From Desulfotalea psychrophila LSv54 (GTDB lineage Bacteria; Desulfobacterota; Desulfobulbia; Desulfobulbales; Desulfocapsaceae), in assembly GCF_000025945.1 (NCBI RefSeq), contig NC_006138.1, positions 570,001 to 602,000 on the forward strand: a DNA stretch of 32,000 nt, given 5' to 3'. The position numbers and the translations under genes were made by a program. This document shows, piece after piece, positions 1-9,683 of the stretch (position 1 is the first letter of the stretch; each line of letters starts with the position of its first letter). The notes beneath the pieces are model-generated. The model did no database searches, was not told where the DNA came from, and saw only the letters and a program-made list of their open reading frames with translations.

Positions 1-104
1 CCGGGCCGGAGAGCACCATACCCGCCTCATAGGTGTCGAGAATCTCGTACTCATGGTAGGCCTTCTTGTTTTTACAAACTATCTTAATACCCATCTCTTT
101 CTAT
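1..104 (-). CDS. smpB: SsrA-binding protein SmpB, N-terminal fragment (gene continues beyond the window start)
   Basis: The reverse complement of 104..1 reads [31 protein letters not shown]. This matches the canonical SmpB N-terminus pattern (NKKAxHxY...EAGxxLxG). It is absent from the ORF track because it is open at the window edge. A GAAAGAG Shine-Dalgarno-like element lies just upstream of the ATG at 104. Confidence 0.8.
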
Positions 105-127
105 CCTCAACCCAGCAACCCGTCTTT

Positions 128-1651
128 CTAGGCGCTGAAGGGTTTAAAATTATCATCGGAGGTGACCCGCAGGACTTCTTCGCAAGTGGTTATCCCTGCC
201 TGTACCTTCTGCCAAGCATCCTCTCTTAAGGTAGTCATTCCCTCACGAATTGCAAGCTGTTCTACATCGCCACCCAGCTCACCAGTACCAATCAACCGTT
301 TCAGGGGCGGTGATACAGGAAAAATCTCGAAGATGCCACATCTGCCTCTATAGCCGGTACCACGGCACTCCCGACAGCCCTTGCCCCTCTTCAAACGCAT
401 CTCGCCATCGCCCTCGACAGGAAAGCCCATCCGCCGCAGCTCCTGACAACTCACCGAATACTCCTCGGCACAGGAGGTGCAAATAGTCTTGACCAGACGT
501 TGGGCCATACAGCCAAGCAGGGTGGAGGCAATCATAAATGGTTGCAGGCCCAGATCCTCAAGACGGGCCACTGCACTGGCGGCATCGTTGGTATGAAGGG
601 TGGAAAAGACCAGATGGCCGGTCATGGCCGCCTGGACCGCATGGGCCGCTGTTTCATGATCACGAATCTCCCCGATCATAATAATATCGGGATCCTGCCG
701 GAGAATATTACGCAGAATGGTTGAGAAGGTGACGTCGATCAGTGGCTGAACGGCAATTTGATTAAACTCCTCATAGACCATCTCCACAGGATCTTCAACG
801 GTGACAATATTCTTCTCTGAGCTGGAGATAGCCTTGAGGGTGGAGTAGAGGGTCGTCGATTTACCACTACCCGTCGGCCCGGTCACCAGGAAGATACCGT
901 GGGGGGCAGCTATACAACTATTATAGACATGCAAATCACGGGGAGAGAGACCAAGGCCCGAAATATCCTGAAAGATGACCGAGGGATCAAGGATACGCAT
1001 CACCACCTTTTCGCCAAAGGAGACGGGCACCGTCGACACCCGCACCTCAACCTCCAGATTATTCTTAGCTCCCAGTTTAATACGGCCATCCTGTGGTCTT
1101 CGTTTTTCTGCAATATCGAGACGGGCTAAAAATTTTATCCGAGAGATCAGGGCAGAGTGAACGGCCTTGGGCAGGGTATAGATGATATGGAGGGCCCCAT
1201 CTATACGAAAACGGACCATGGTCGTTTCCCGTTTGGGCTCAACATGGATATCACTGGCCCGCTGATCCAGGGCATACTGAAAGATATGGTTCAGAGCAGA
1301 CTTTATATGCTGATCAGAAGAGGTCAGCTCCTTGGTGGAAGATATCTTCACATACCTCTCAAGATTGCCTATATCCACAGACATATCATCCCGGAAGGAG
1401 CCACATTGACTCTCTGCCGCCGAGATAGAGCGTTGAAAACCAAAAAATTCCGACAGTATTTTCCGTATATCTGCCTTAGTGGCCAGACAGGCGGAAACCT
1501 GAAGCTGATTTGCCTGCTCAATATCATGCAGGACATCCTTACTATCGGGATGATAAACGGCCACCTTAAGATGAGTCCCCTTTTGCTCTATGGGCACAAT
1601 AAGATGGCGGGAGGCAAAGCTATAGGGGATTGTCTTGGTGACAATATTCAT
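128..1651 (-). CDS. GspE/PilB-family type II secretion / type IV pilus assembly ATPase (catalytic portion)
   Basis: 507-aa ORF. It has Walker A GPTGSGKST, an Asp box/Walker B (DPDIIMIGEIRD), a His box (TGHLVFSTLHTND) and a C-terminal tetracysteine CTSC...CRECRGTGYRGRCGIFE, typical of GspE/PilB. No cognate GspF or pilin genes are nearby. Confidence 0.9.
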   Translation of the reverse strand: MNIVTKTIPYSFASRHLIVPIEQKGTHLKVAVYHPDSKDVLHDIEQANQLQVSACLATKADIRKILSEFFGFQRSISAAESQCGSFRDDMSVDIGNLERYVKISSTKELTSSDQHIKSALNHIFQYALDQRASDIHVEPKRETTMVRFRIDGALHIIYTLPKAVHSALISRIKFLARLDIAEKRRPQDGRIKLGAKNNLEVEVRVSTVPVSFGEKVVMRILDPSVIFQDISGLGLSPRDLHVYNSCIAAPHGIFLVTGPTGSGKSTTLYSTLKAISSSEKNIVTVEDPVEMVYEEFNQIAVQPLIDVTFSTILRNILRQDPDIIMIGEIRDHETAAHAVQAAMTGHLVFSTLHTNDAASAVARLEDLGLQPFMIASTLLGCMAQRLVKTICTSCAEEYSVSCQELRRMGFPVEGDGEMRLKRGKGCRECRGTGYRGRCGIFEIFPVSPPLKRLIGTGELGGDVEQLAIREGMTTLREDAWQKVQAGITTCEEVLRVTSDDNFKPFSA

Positions 1652-1950
1652 ATCAAGATCCAGAGGATCAAGCTTTTTAACTCCAGACGACGGGCATAAG
1701 CCACCGTCCGCATAATAAGCTCTTCATCCACCAACCTGCTCTTATCACCGCCACTCTGAAAATTAAATGCGGCGATCACATCAACGAGATCAACCCTATT
1801 CTTCTCTTCACGCTCTGCACGAGGCAGGGCCCTCAGTAATTTCTGCCGCTGTTTACCCTTTTCCAGACCAATAATATCCCGCTGTTTAGGGCTGATTATT
1901 TCCTGCTCCACGAGAAGGTCGAGCAGGGATTCGCTATTAATAAATTTCAT
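1648..1950 (-). CDS. 100-aa ORF resembling the N-terminal (T2SSE_N-like) segment of the downstream GspE-family ATPase; probably the 5' part of one gene interrupted by a frameshift
   Basis: Its stop overlaps the ATPase ATG (ATGA). In the ATPase frame the sequence upstream of the ATG stays open and reads ...GVKKLDPLDLD-MNIV. Adding one base to the T5 run at 1674..1678 (A5 on the coding strand) fuses the frames as ...RTVAYARRLELKKLDPLDLDMNIVTKTIP... This fits the usual T2SSE_N pattern. Confidence 0.5.
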   Translation of the reverse strand: MKFINSESLLDLLVEQEIISPKQRDIIGLEKGKQRQKLLRALPRAEREEKNRVDLVDVIAAFNFQSGGDKSRLVDEELIMRTVAYARRLELKSLILWILI

Positions 1951-2043
1951 CTATGACCCTCTTTATTTATAAAAACAAACCATGAGCATTCAATCATTTT
2001 ACCAATAGGCAGTTAAAGAAAAGAGACTGGGCCCCGCCACGGC

Positions 2044-3861
2044 TTAACTACCACCGGCGGCTGAGTCCAAATAATTCTGGCCCAAAAACATCTCTATTCT
2101 CTGCCTATAATAATCCGCCCTATCTGGATCTCCGCGCAGGGCAAGACGCTCTGTCTGTACGGCAAGCCCCTTTCTACCCGTAGCCCAATATGCAGTGGCC
2201 AGGGTATCGAGAATATGGCTCTGCTGAGAGAGAAAGGCAGCCGTTTCCGCTAAAGCCAGGGCCCTTTCAGGATCACGCAGTTCCCTGCCCTCCACGGTAA
2301 GGAGAAGCCAGGAGAGGTTATTGAGCAGTTCTGCATTCTTAGGATCTAAGGCAACCGTCTTTTCATAGGCGGCAAGGGCCTGTTCTGTTCTCTTTTGGCT
2401 GAGGTAGACGTCTCCCAGCAGATGCTGCCAGAGAACATTATTTGGCTCCTCAGCGGCCTTATGAATAATGGTGGCAATGGCATATTTTTCCTTATACTCA
2501 AGCTCCATCTTTTCAACAGAAATAGAGTTTAAAAGAAAAAAGAGGAGGGTCGCACCGATAAAATAGGAGGCCAGACAGCAGGCCAAAATACGATTATGCC
2601 TCTTAACCCGAGAAGCATCCACCTCAGCCTGAGCCAGACAATCTATACGTTGGCCCAAGCCAAAGTGATGCCAACTCGGCTCCTCTCGTTTTGTCCCGGT
2701 AAAGAGAGAAATTTTTTCAAAGGCTGCGATCAGGGGAGAGGCAGAGCCCATAACAGAGATGGTATAGAGATCCGCCTGTCTCTCAAAGTTACGAATAAAA
2801 AAACCAAAAAAATATCTGAAGTAGAGGACGAGAAGAAGCACAAGAGGAATGCCGCTGGCAAGAGAGGCAAGGTTCTCCGAATCCACCCTGCCCGAAACCG
2901 CAAGGGCCATAACGGGCGGCAGACTGAGGACGGTATAGAGTAGAGGCTCTATCAGCCAACCAACGATGACACTAAAACCAAGAATGAGACAAATGTAGAA
3001 GAAGATATGTCCACGTTTGACATGGGCTATTTCATGGGCCATAATAGCGTCCAGTTCGTCACTATCCATGGTCTCGATAATTGCCGGGGTCAAGAGAATA
3101 TAGCGAAGGCCAGGGATAACGCCCACTACACCCGCCGTCATGGCCCTACCCTCCAGCAGGGGCCAGATAAAATACTGGGCAGAAAATTTCTGCCGGGCGC
3201 AGAATCGATCCAAATGGTCACGCAGAGGACCTGCCGGCAGAGGGGTGCATCTCCACAATCTACGAATAAGAGGCGGTAAGAGCAGGAGGACAAAGACAAA
3301 GAAGAGAGCAAAGAGATACAGCTCTCCCCGCTCACCGACAAAGATATTTTCCGCACCGGAAATGGGTAGCCCCTGAACAATATCCACTGCCAGGGAAAAT
3401 ATCATCCAGGGCAAAATAATGGGCAGACTACTGCCAATATTAGCGACAATAAATCGCCACCGCCCCTGGCCGCCGCCGGTAATACGGGCATGACAGGCAC
3501 TTCCCTCTGCCCACATGACGGCCAGAAGAAAAAGGAAAAAACAGAGGGCAGCAATATCTGCCAGGGCCGGCAAATGCCCCGCCAGGGAAAAAAACTGAAA
3601 ATAATACTTCAGGTTAAACAGATAAAAGCCCAGCCCATAAAAGACCAGAGCAATAATTGAAAGCCTCCTCTCAGTCTGCAGATAGCTGCCGACCCCAGCG
3701 CCTGCCAACCGTCTAAAGAGACGGCGACAGATACCTCTATAGCCTATAACCAGAGCCATAAGGGCAAGGAGGGGCCAGAGGGAAGAACCCGTCGGTTCAA
3801 TATTGGGGCTGAAACTAAAGATAAAGATAGCCACCAAAAAATATATGAAATTGTTATACAT
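2044..3861 (-). CDS. Integral-membrane M48-family Zn metalloprotease with C-terminal TPR repeats
   Basis: 605-aa ORF with multiple hydrophobic segments and an HExxH motif (MAHEIAHVKRGH). The C-terminal roughly 130 aa are TPR-like (AAYEKTVALDPKNAELLNNLSWLL...). The start lies 18 nt after the sbcC stop, so it is probably co-transcribed. Confidence 0.8.
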   Translation of the reverse strand: MYNNFIYFLVAIFIFSFSPNIEPTGSSLWPLLALMALVIGYRGICRRLFRRLAGAGVGSYLQTERRLSIIALVFYGLGFYLFNLKYYFQFFSLAGHLPALADIAALCFFLFLLAVMWAEGSACHARITGGGQGRWRFIVANIGSSLPIILPWMIFSLAVDIVQGLPISGAENIFVGERGELYLFALFFVFVLLLLPPLIRRLWRCTPLPAGPLRDHLDRFCARQKFSAQYFIWPLLEGRAMTAGVVGVIPGLRYILLTPAIIETMDSDELDAIMAHEIAHVKRGHIFFYICLILGFSVIVGWLIEPLLYTVLSLPPVMALAVSGRVDSENLASLASGIPLVLLLVLYFRYFFGFFIRNFERQADLYTISVMGSASPLIAAFEKISLFTGTKREEPSWHHFGLGQRIDCLAQAEVDASRVKRHNRILACCLASYFIGATLLFFLLNSISVEKMELEYKEKYAIATIIHKAAEEPNNVLWQHLLGDVYLSQKRTEQALAAYEKTVALDPKNAELLNNLSWLLLTVEGRELRDPERALALAETAAFLSQQSHILDTLATAYWATGRKGLAVQTERLALRGDPDRADYYRQRIEMFLGQNYLDSAAGGS

Positions 3862-3879
3862 AAAACCAACTCTCCGTTT

Positions 3880-6800
3880 TTAAAGCAGGCGACAGCCAGG
3901 GCCCTGAATGGAGCTCCTGCCTCCAGAAAGAGGCATCACCTGTATTTGCGTTGCTATCCGTTCTTTAAGGGCGGGGACATGGGAAATAACGCCGATAAGT
4001 TTATCTTCCTGCCGCAGACCAGCAAGCGTCTCCAGGGCAACCTCCAGAGCGTCATCATCCAGGGTGCCAAATCCCTCATCAAGAAAAAGAGAATCCACCC
4101 GCACCTTGCGACTGGCCATAGAGGAGAGCCCTAGAGCAAGGGCCAGACTGACAATAAAGCTCTCACCACCGGAGAGGTTTTTAGTCGAGCGCAGATCACC
4201 GCCCTGATAGTTATCCACAACCTGCAGTTCCAGAGGCTTTTCCGCATCACGGATAAGCAGATAACGATCTGTCATCTTCACCAGTTGGCGGTTGGCCTGA
4301 TGCACCATCAGTTCAAAGGTCAACCCTTGCGCAAAATCACGATATTTTTTACCGTCGGCGGAACCGATCAGTTCATGAAGCAGATCCCAACGGCCGCACT
4401 CTTTTTTCTGTGCCTCGATGGCGGGTTGCTTTTCCTTAATCCGCTCCTTGATTGCTCTATTCTCGTTCAGCCTGTGCCTGAAACCGGCAATGGCATCGCC
4501 TAATTCTTTCAGGGATTCTCCATACTCTTTGAACTGCGCCTCCAGCTCTTCAAGAGATTTATCAGTAAGCTTCTTTGCTATTTCGGAGGCCAAGCGCGTC
4601 TCCCGGTCTTTCTGCCTGCCCTTCAGTTCCGTCCCAGCATCATCCAGTTTCCTTGCCCGGTAAGACAAGGCTTCCCGCTCATTATTTGTCAGCCTGGCCT
4701 CAAGGAACTGTTTTTCCTCTGCAAAGCCCGCCGGTTCCAGTGCTGTTGAGAAGTCTGTTTCCGCTTTTTTTAGATCCGGCTCTCTTTGCTCAATACGTTT
4801 TCCCAGGGATTCAACATGGGCCCTTGCAGTCGTTAGTTTCTCCTGCAGTCCACTGTTCAGGCTTCTGGCTCTCTTTTCCGCTTTCTCGGCATCCGCAATA
4901 GCCTCGTTCAGACGGCCTTCTTGATCGGCGGGATTTTTGTCGCCATACAGTTTCTTGCGTTGATCCGTTCCATCGGCATGTTCCCGTTGAAGCCGTTTCA
5001 GGTTTTCCTGCTTTTCATTCAGAGCCGCGCTTTGAATTTCAATCACGGCAGTAAGACGCTTCATCTCACTGTTGATGGTAGCGATCTGTTTTTCGATGTC
5101 ACTCTTTTGCCAGACCTGTTCCTGCCATTTTTTCTGCCGTGACTTGAGAGATTCGAGCAGTGATGAGACTTGAGCCTCCGGTATTTCCGTGATGCCAAGC
5201 GGCTGAAGCTTCCCTGATACCGCCAGCTTCAGTTCTTTGAATCCGCTCCGGAATTTTTCCAAACCACCCTGCAATTCCGTGAAATCTTTTTCAACGGCCC
5301 TCTTATCGTTGGCTACATTGCTTTCCAGCTTTTCGCTGTTCTCCAGATCTCTGCGGGCAGTGGTTTGTGCTTCTTCCAGTTTTTTGACGATAGCCTCCTG
5401 ATCCTCTGCCCTAGAGATCAGCCTGGTCAGTAACTCGATCTTCTGCTCGTTTTCATCGGGAACCGGTACATTACCCTCGGCAAAAGGATGCTCGGTTGAA
5501 CCGCAGAGCGGACAAGGTTTGCCATCTTCCAGCTTAGCCCGGTGATCTTCAAGCTCCTCGATCTTTCTGATGTATGCGATTTCACGTAGCAGGGTCTCCT
5601 TTTCGGTGCGATATTCCCGGAGCAAGTTATCGCCCAGTAATTCGCTCAAGGTATCCTTGCCTTGCCGAAGATTTCCTGCGGCATCCTCAAGCTTCTGCCT
5701 ACGGATGGCGCTCTGCTTTGTGGTATCCTCCAGCTTCTTTGCCGCTTCTACCATGGCAGTAGCAGCATTTTTGAGATCGGTTTCTTTCTGAGTAATCTCC
5801 CCTTGTCTGGCGAGTAGGTTGCCGAACTGTTCTTCGATGCCTGCCAGACCACTGATCAGCCATTCATCCTGTGCATGCTCTTTGAGGTATTGTTCTGCAA
5901 GCTCCAGTGATCTTCCAGCCCCAGTCCGCTTTTCCTGTTCTTTCACCCAGGTCTGCCTGTCCGTCTCAATCTTTGCTGCTTCCCTGCTACAGGTCTCATC
6001 GCCTTCCGAAACAGCCTTTGCCCGGTCCGTAATCTGTTGATCAAGAGATCGAATTTTCTGAATCAAAGGTGCTGCCGATTTCAAATTCTCTTTTGTTTTG
6101 AGGGTGAGTTGTTCGGTGCTTTTAAGGGCTTCAGCTTGCGTATTTGTCGATGTCTCCAGTTCAGGAAACGCGGCGTCCTCTTTTTTCAATGCAGCCTGAT
6201 CTTCAGACTGCTGTTTGCGGAGGGCGGTGAGGCTTGCATATGTCCCATCCAGCGAAGCAGCTCTGACGGCCTGTTCAAGTTTACCACGTTTCGGCTTGAA
6301 AGTTTCAACCTCGGTTTGCAGTTTTGCCGCCTCATCCGTAAGGCTATCTATTTCCCTTTGCAGGCCTTCGGTGGTGGCAAGCCATGTAATGGCTTTGCCG
6401 GTTTCGGTTGATTTAGCGACAAGCTCAGTCCCCTGTTTCTGCTTTGCCTCAAGATTCTGCTCAATCTCTTTTTCCTGTTCCGGCTCTAGAGTCACAATGC
6501 TGGAAGTTTCGGCCTGCAACAAGTTCAGATTTTCCCGCTCATCACGCCAACGCTCATGCACCCTCTGCGAGATGGTACTGTATATCTCCGTACCGGTAAT
6601 CTGTTCAAGAATGGGACTGCGCTTATCACCGGCCGCCTTCAAGAAGGTATCAAAGCCTCCCTGGGCCAGGAGAATAGAACGGGTGAACTGCTGAAAATCC
6701 ATCCCCGTCACCTCTGCCACCACCTTGGGAACATTGCTCTTTTTCGACTCTATGATCTGACCACTGCTGACATCGGCTATTTCATGTCTCTGATCGGCAA

Positions 6801-7125
6801 GCTTAGCACCCGGTTTTTTTCGGGCCCGATGCTGCCCCCAGTGACAGGAGAAGATTCCCGCCTGGGTACTGAAGACAATCTCGGCAAAACATTCACCCGT
6901 CTGTCGGGACATGATCTCGTTGGTCGTCTTATTTACCTTGTCCAGGCGGGGGGTTTTGCCATAGAGGGCAAGACAGATGGCATCAAGGATGGTTGATTTA
7001 CCGGCCCCCGTCGGCCCGGTAATGGCAAAAATACCATCGGCCAGATATTCGGCAGCGGTAAAATCAATGGCCCACTCCCCCACCAGGGAGTTGAGGTTCT
7101 TAAATCGAAGTTGTAATATTTTCAT
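3880..7125 (-). CDS. sbcC: SbcCD nuclease ATPase subunit SbcC (SMC-like)
   Basis: The N-terminus MKILQLRFKNLNSLVGEWAIDF with Walker A GPTGAGKST is followed by a long coiled coil. A zinc-hook CxxC (GKPCPLCGSTEHPF) follows. It also has the ABC signature LSGGESF and Walker B LFLDEGFG. The track ORF extends to 7281, but that extension overlaps sbcD. The ATG at 7125 lies 16 nt after the sbcD stop (7142). Confidence 0.9.
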   Translation of the reverse strand: MKILQLRFKNLNSLVGEWAIDFTAAEYLADGIFAITGPTGAGKSTILDAICLALYGKTPRLDKVNKTTNEIMSRQTGECFAEIVFSTQAGIFSCHWGQHRARKKPGAKLADQRHEIADVSSGQIIESKKSNVPKVVAEVTGMDFQQFTRSILLAQGGFDTFLKAAGDKRSPILEQITGTEIYSTISQRVHERWRDERENLNLLQAETSSIVTLEPEQEKEIEQNLEAKQKQGTELVAKSTETGKAITWLATTEGLQREIDSLTDEAAKLQTEVETFKPKRGKLEQAVRAASLDGTYASLTALRKQQSEDQAALKKEDAAFPELETSTNTQAEALKSTEQLTLKTKENLKSAAPLIQKIRSLDQQITDRAKAVSEGDETCSREAAKIETDRQTWVKEQEKRTGAGRSLELAEQYLKEHAQDEWLISGLAGIEEQFGNLLARQGEITQKETDLKNAATAMVEAAKKLEDTTKQSAIRRQKLEDAAGNLRQGKDTLSELLGDNLLREYRTEKETLLREIAYIRKIEELEDHRAKLEDGKPCPLCGSTEHPFAEGNVPVPDENEQKIELLTRLISRAEDQEAIVKKLEEAQTTARRDLENSEKLESNVANDKRAVEKDFTELQGGLEKFRSGFKELKLAVSGKLQPLGITEIPEAQVSSLLESLKSRQKKWQEQVWQKSDIEKQIATINSEMKRLTAVIEIQSAALNEKQENLKRLQREHADGTDQRKKLYGDKNPADQEGRLNEAIADAEKAEKRARSLNSGLQEKLTTARAHVESLGKRIEQREPDLKKAETDFSTALEPAGFAEEKQFLEARLTNNEREALSYRARKLDDAGTELKGRQKDRETRLASEIAKKLTDKSLEELEAQFKEYGESLKELGDAIAGFRHRLNENRAIKERIKEKQPAIEAQKKECGRWDLLHELIGSADGKKYRDFAQGLTFELMVHQANRQLVKMTDRYLLIRDAEKPLELQVVDNYQGGDLRSTKNLSGGESFIVSLALALGLSSMASRKVRVDSLFLDEGFGTLDDDALEVALETLAGLRQEDKLIGVISHVPALKERIATQIQVMPLSGGRSSIQGPGCRLL

Positions 7126-7141
7126 AGTATCAGAGGCACTC

Positions 7142-8380
7142 CTACTCCCTATTCTCGTCCTTTTCCAACAGATCCCGGACAATTTCGCCATAACTCGCCG
7201 CCAGTTCAGCCCGCGTCCCCTCATCAAGATCGTAGGCACTGAGACAACGGTCAAAGACCTCCTCCAGACCAAGATCATCAAGGCTCTCCTCGTCCTCTAG
7301 CTGACAGAGAATCTGCTCGCGAATATTCAAATTCTTAATCCGCAGCACTGTAACCTGACTCCCCTCAAGGGCAGACTCTATCTGCTGACGAAGATCGGCA
7401 ACGGGTAGCTCGCCAGTATACTCCACCTGCAACCAGAGACTCCCCTCTGCCTGCCGGTATTCGGCAAGACGGATGAGTATCTCTTCTAGCGAACCAGATA
7501 CCGTCGCCAACTGTTGAAAACAAGGGACGGCGACAAGCTCCAAACGAGGAGGAGCCTCTACGCCCGGTAGAAACTCTGCCTCCACCACAATTTTTTGTTG
7601 GCTCGCCTCACCAAATCCCATGGGCAGGGGGGAACCCGAATAGCGAATCACCTCACTGCCGGCAACCCTCTGCGGAACATGGAGATGGCCCAGGGCCAGA
7701 TAGTCAAGGTGGCAAGAGATGGCGGCCGCCTCGACGGAGGCAAGGGTGCCCACATAGAGATCACGCACCCCATCGCCATCAACGGTTTTACCGCCAATGG
7801 TAAAGAGATGGCCCATGCCAATGATTGGTATATACCTCTCCTCCTGTCGCTGTTTCTCCAGGGCTATTGCCACCACCTGCTGATAATGCTCTTCAATGCC
7901 GGCAATAAGACGCAGTTGCTTATCGGCACAGGATTCACCGAGGACAAGCGTTCGCACATCACGGTCCCGCAGATAGGGAACGGCACAGACCAGAGCCTCC
8001 ACCTGCCCCGTCCCATCCCTTAGGGCAATGACCTCCTCCTCGGGCAGAGCTGTTTTAGCGCCAACCACATGAACATCAAGGGCTCGAAGCAACTCCTTGG
8101 GAGCATCCAAAAAAGAGGGAGAATCATGATTACCGCCAATTATAACAATGTGGTGACAGCAGGAGCCTGCCACCCGGCAGAGAAAGGCATAGTAGAGCTC
8201 CTGAGCCCTGTTGCTGGGAGTAGAGGTATCAAAGATATCGCCTGCCACCAGCAGGGTATCGACCTCCCTCTCCATGATGGTTTCAGCGAGCCAGTCTAAA
8301 AAGAGGGCAAATTCCCGGTAACGTTTATGGCCATAGAGGCTTCGTCCCAGATGCCAGTCAGAGGTATGGAGAAATTTCAT
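7142..8380 (-). CDS. sbcD: SbcCD nuclease subunit SbcD (Mre11-like phosphoesterase)
   Basis: 412 aa. It has MKFLHTSDWHLG, the calcineurin-like phosphoesterase motifs GDIFD and GNHD, and ALGHLH. It lies immediately upstream of sbcC. Confidence 0.9.
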   Translation of the reverse strand: MKFLHTSDWHLGRSLYGHKRYREFALFLDWLAETIMEREVDTLLVAGDIFDTSTPSNRAQELYYAFLCRVAGSCCHHIVIIGGNHDSPSFLDAPKELLRALDVHVVGAKTALPEEEVIALRDGTGQVEALVCAVPYLRDRDVRTLVLGESCADKQLRLIAGIEEHYQQVVAIALEKQRQEERYIPIIGMGHLFTIGGKTVDGDGVRDLYVGTLASVEAAAISCHLDYLALGHLHVPQRVAGSEVIRYSGSPLPMGFGEASQQKIVVEAEFLPGVEAPPRLELVAVPCFQQLATVSGSLEEILIRLAEYRQAEGSLWLQVEYTGELPVADLRQQIESALEGSQVTVLRIKNLNIREQILCQLEDEESLDDLGLEEVFDRCLSAYDLDEGTRAELAASYGEIVRDLLEKDENRE

Positions 8381-8880
8381 ATCGTTATATCTGCTATAGA
8401 TTGCAAAATCTAAAATGTTCTTTGATGTTTAGTGACTTAGAATATTTTTTATTACCAGAGGCGAAGAGCTCGGTGGTAAACATTAACAGGCTACTCGCAT
8501 CCAGCCCTTATGGCAAAACATCCGTGCCCCTTTCTGCTACACTGTAAGTAGTAGAGGCCAATCAAGCTGGAAAGAAAAACTTCTAGCAAATTTTTCCGCC
8601 ATCCTGAGCAGCCAAGAAGCAATCTAGCCTATCTCTCTTTGAACTGCAGGGGAATATTATACTCAGGCTGGCTTCTCATCAGCATTGGCATACCGGTACC
8701 GTGGGAACAATTTCAGCAGGCATCAAGGAGACGCCCGTAGATCAGCCACAATTCTGAAAACAACTGAGGACTGCATATCTGGCAGGCATTACTCCTAAGC
8801 AAAGATCAGGACTGGAATACGGCAAAAGAGGTGTCAAAACCAATAAAAACGGAGAAAAAAGATCTATGCTTAAGATTAAA

Positions 8881-8909
8881 TTTACTAATCAAGTTTTCAT
8901 GCTTATATT
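8881..8909 (+). promoter_or_regulatory. Possible sigma-70 promoter for pfs-luxS
   Basis: TTTACT, a 17-nt spacer and TATATT, about 55 nt upstream of the pfs start. Called by motif only. Confidence 0.3.
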
Positions 8910-8966
8910 TCTAAGGTCGGCCTGAGAACAAGAAGCGCGACGGATCTTCTCTTTATAAAAAACACT

Positions 8967-9683
8967 ATGGTGGATATCTTGAAAGTCGGAATTATTGCAG
9001 CAATGGAGGAAGAACTTACACTCTTAGTTGATCGCCTCGATAACTGTGAGGAAGTACAGCTAGGTCATTGTAAGTATTACACTGGCCAGATCAATGGAGT
9101 TGAGGTTGGACTCATGCGCTGTGGCATTGGCAAGGTAAATGCAGCGATAGGCACCACTCTAATGATAGATAAGCTGAAACCAAAATGCCTTATCAACACC
9201 GGCGTTGCCGGCGGCTTTATCAATGAGATGAACGTTGGTGATATTGTTATCTCCTCATCCGTTCGCCACCACGATGCCGACGCCACTGCCTTTGGCTATG
9301 AGTTGGGACAGATCCCCGACATGCCCTCAGAATTCCAAGCTGACAGGCGACTGGTTGAGATGGCCACCAAGGTTAACCTGAAGAGCAAGGCCCGTATCTT
9401 CGAAGGACCGGTCTTCTCAGGCGACTCCTTTATCCATACCACGGAACAGGTGGAAAATATTCTGAAAAATTTTCCCCAGATCATGGCGGTGGAGATGGAA
9501 GGTGCATCCATTGCCCAAACCAGCCATCTCTTTAATATCCCTTTTGTCCTGATCCGCTCTATCTCTGATAAGGTCCGCGAAACAAAAAGTGCCGATACCT
9601 ATACCCAATCCATGGAAGAATCTGCCAAAAACTCCGTACAGGTTGTTTTCGAAATGGTTGAGCAACTCAAGGAGGGAATGTAA
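8967..9683 (+). CDS. mtnN: 5'-methylthioadenosine / S-adenosylhomocysteine nucleosidase
   Basis: 238 aa. ...KVGIIAAMEEELTLL... parallels E. coli Pfs MKIGIIGAMEEEV, and the PNP_UDP_1 core (VEMEGASIAQ) is present. An in-frame TTG at 8979 would give MKVGIIAAMEEE and may be the true start. Confidence 0.85.
   Translation: MVDILKVGIIAAMEEELTLLVDRLDNCEEVQLGHCKYYTGQINGVEVGLMRCGIGKVNAAIGTTLMIDKLKPKCLINTGVAGGFINEMNVGDIVISSSVRHHDADATAFGYELGQIPDMPSEFQADRRLVEMATKVNLKSKARIFEGPVFSGDSFIHTTEQVENILKNFPQIMAVEMEGASIAQTSHLFNIPFVLIRSISDKVRETKSADTYTQSMEESAKNSVQVVFEMVEQLKEGM

Noticed and set aside
1840-1950. Possible c-di-GMP-binding MshEN motif in the 100-aa N-terminal ORF.
   Set aside because: The sequence SLLDLLVEQEIISPKQ only loosely resembles RLGxxLLxxGLLxxxxLxxxLxxQ. 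It lacks the key Arg and Gly positions, so there are insufficient grounds for the claim.
7126-7281. 52-codon N-terminal extension of the sbcC ORF (the track start at 7281).
   Set aside because: The extension overlaps the 3' end of sbcD in another frame. The conserved SbcC N-terminus (MKILQLRFKNLNS...) begins at the ATG at 7125, just after the sbcD stop.
4285-7300. Numerous 60-160-aa plus-strand ORFs inside sbcC/sbcD. Similar antisense ORFs lie inside gspE, the M48 protease, tctA, tctC, the regulator and the permease.
   Set aside because: All lie antisense to long, motif-bearing genes. They have Ser/Pro/Arg-rich or low-complexity translations and lack SD sequences. They are treated as spurious.
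8820-8966. Possible SAH or SAM-type riboswitch upstream of pfs.
   Set aside because: I could not match the conserved SAH-riboswitch core or a convincing pseudoknot or terminator by eye. It is left only as an Infernal check in the findings.
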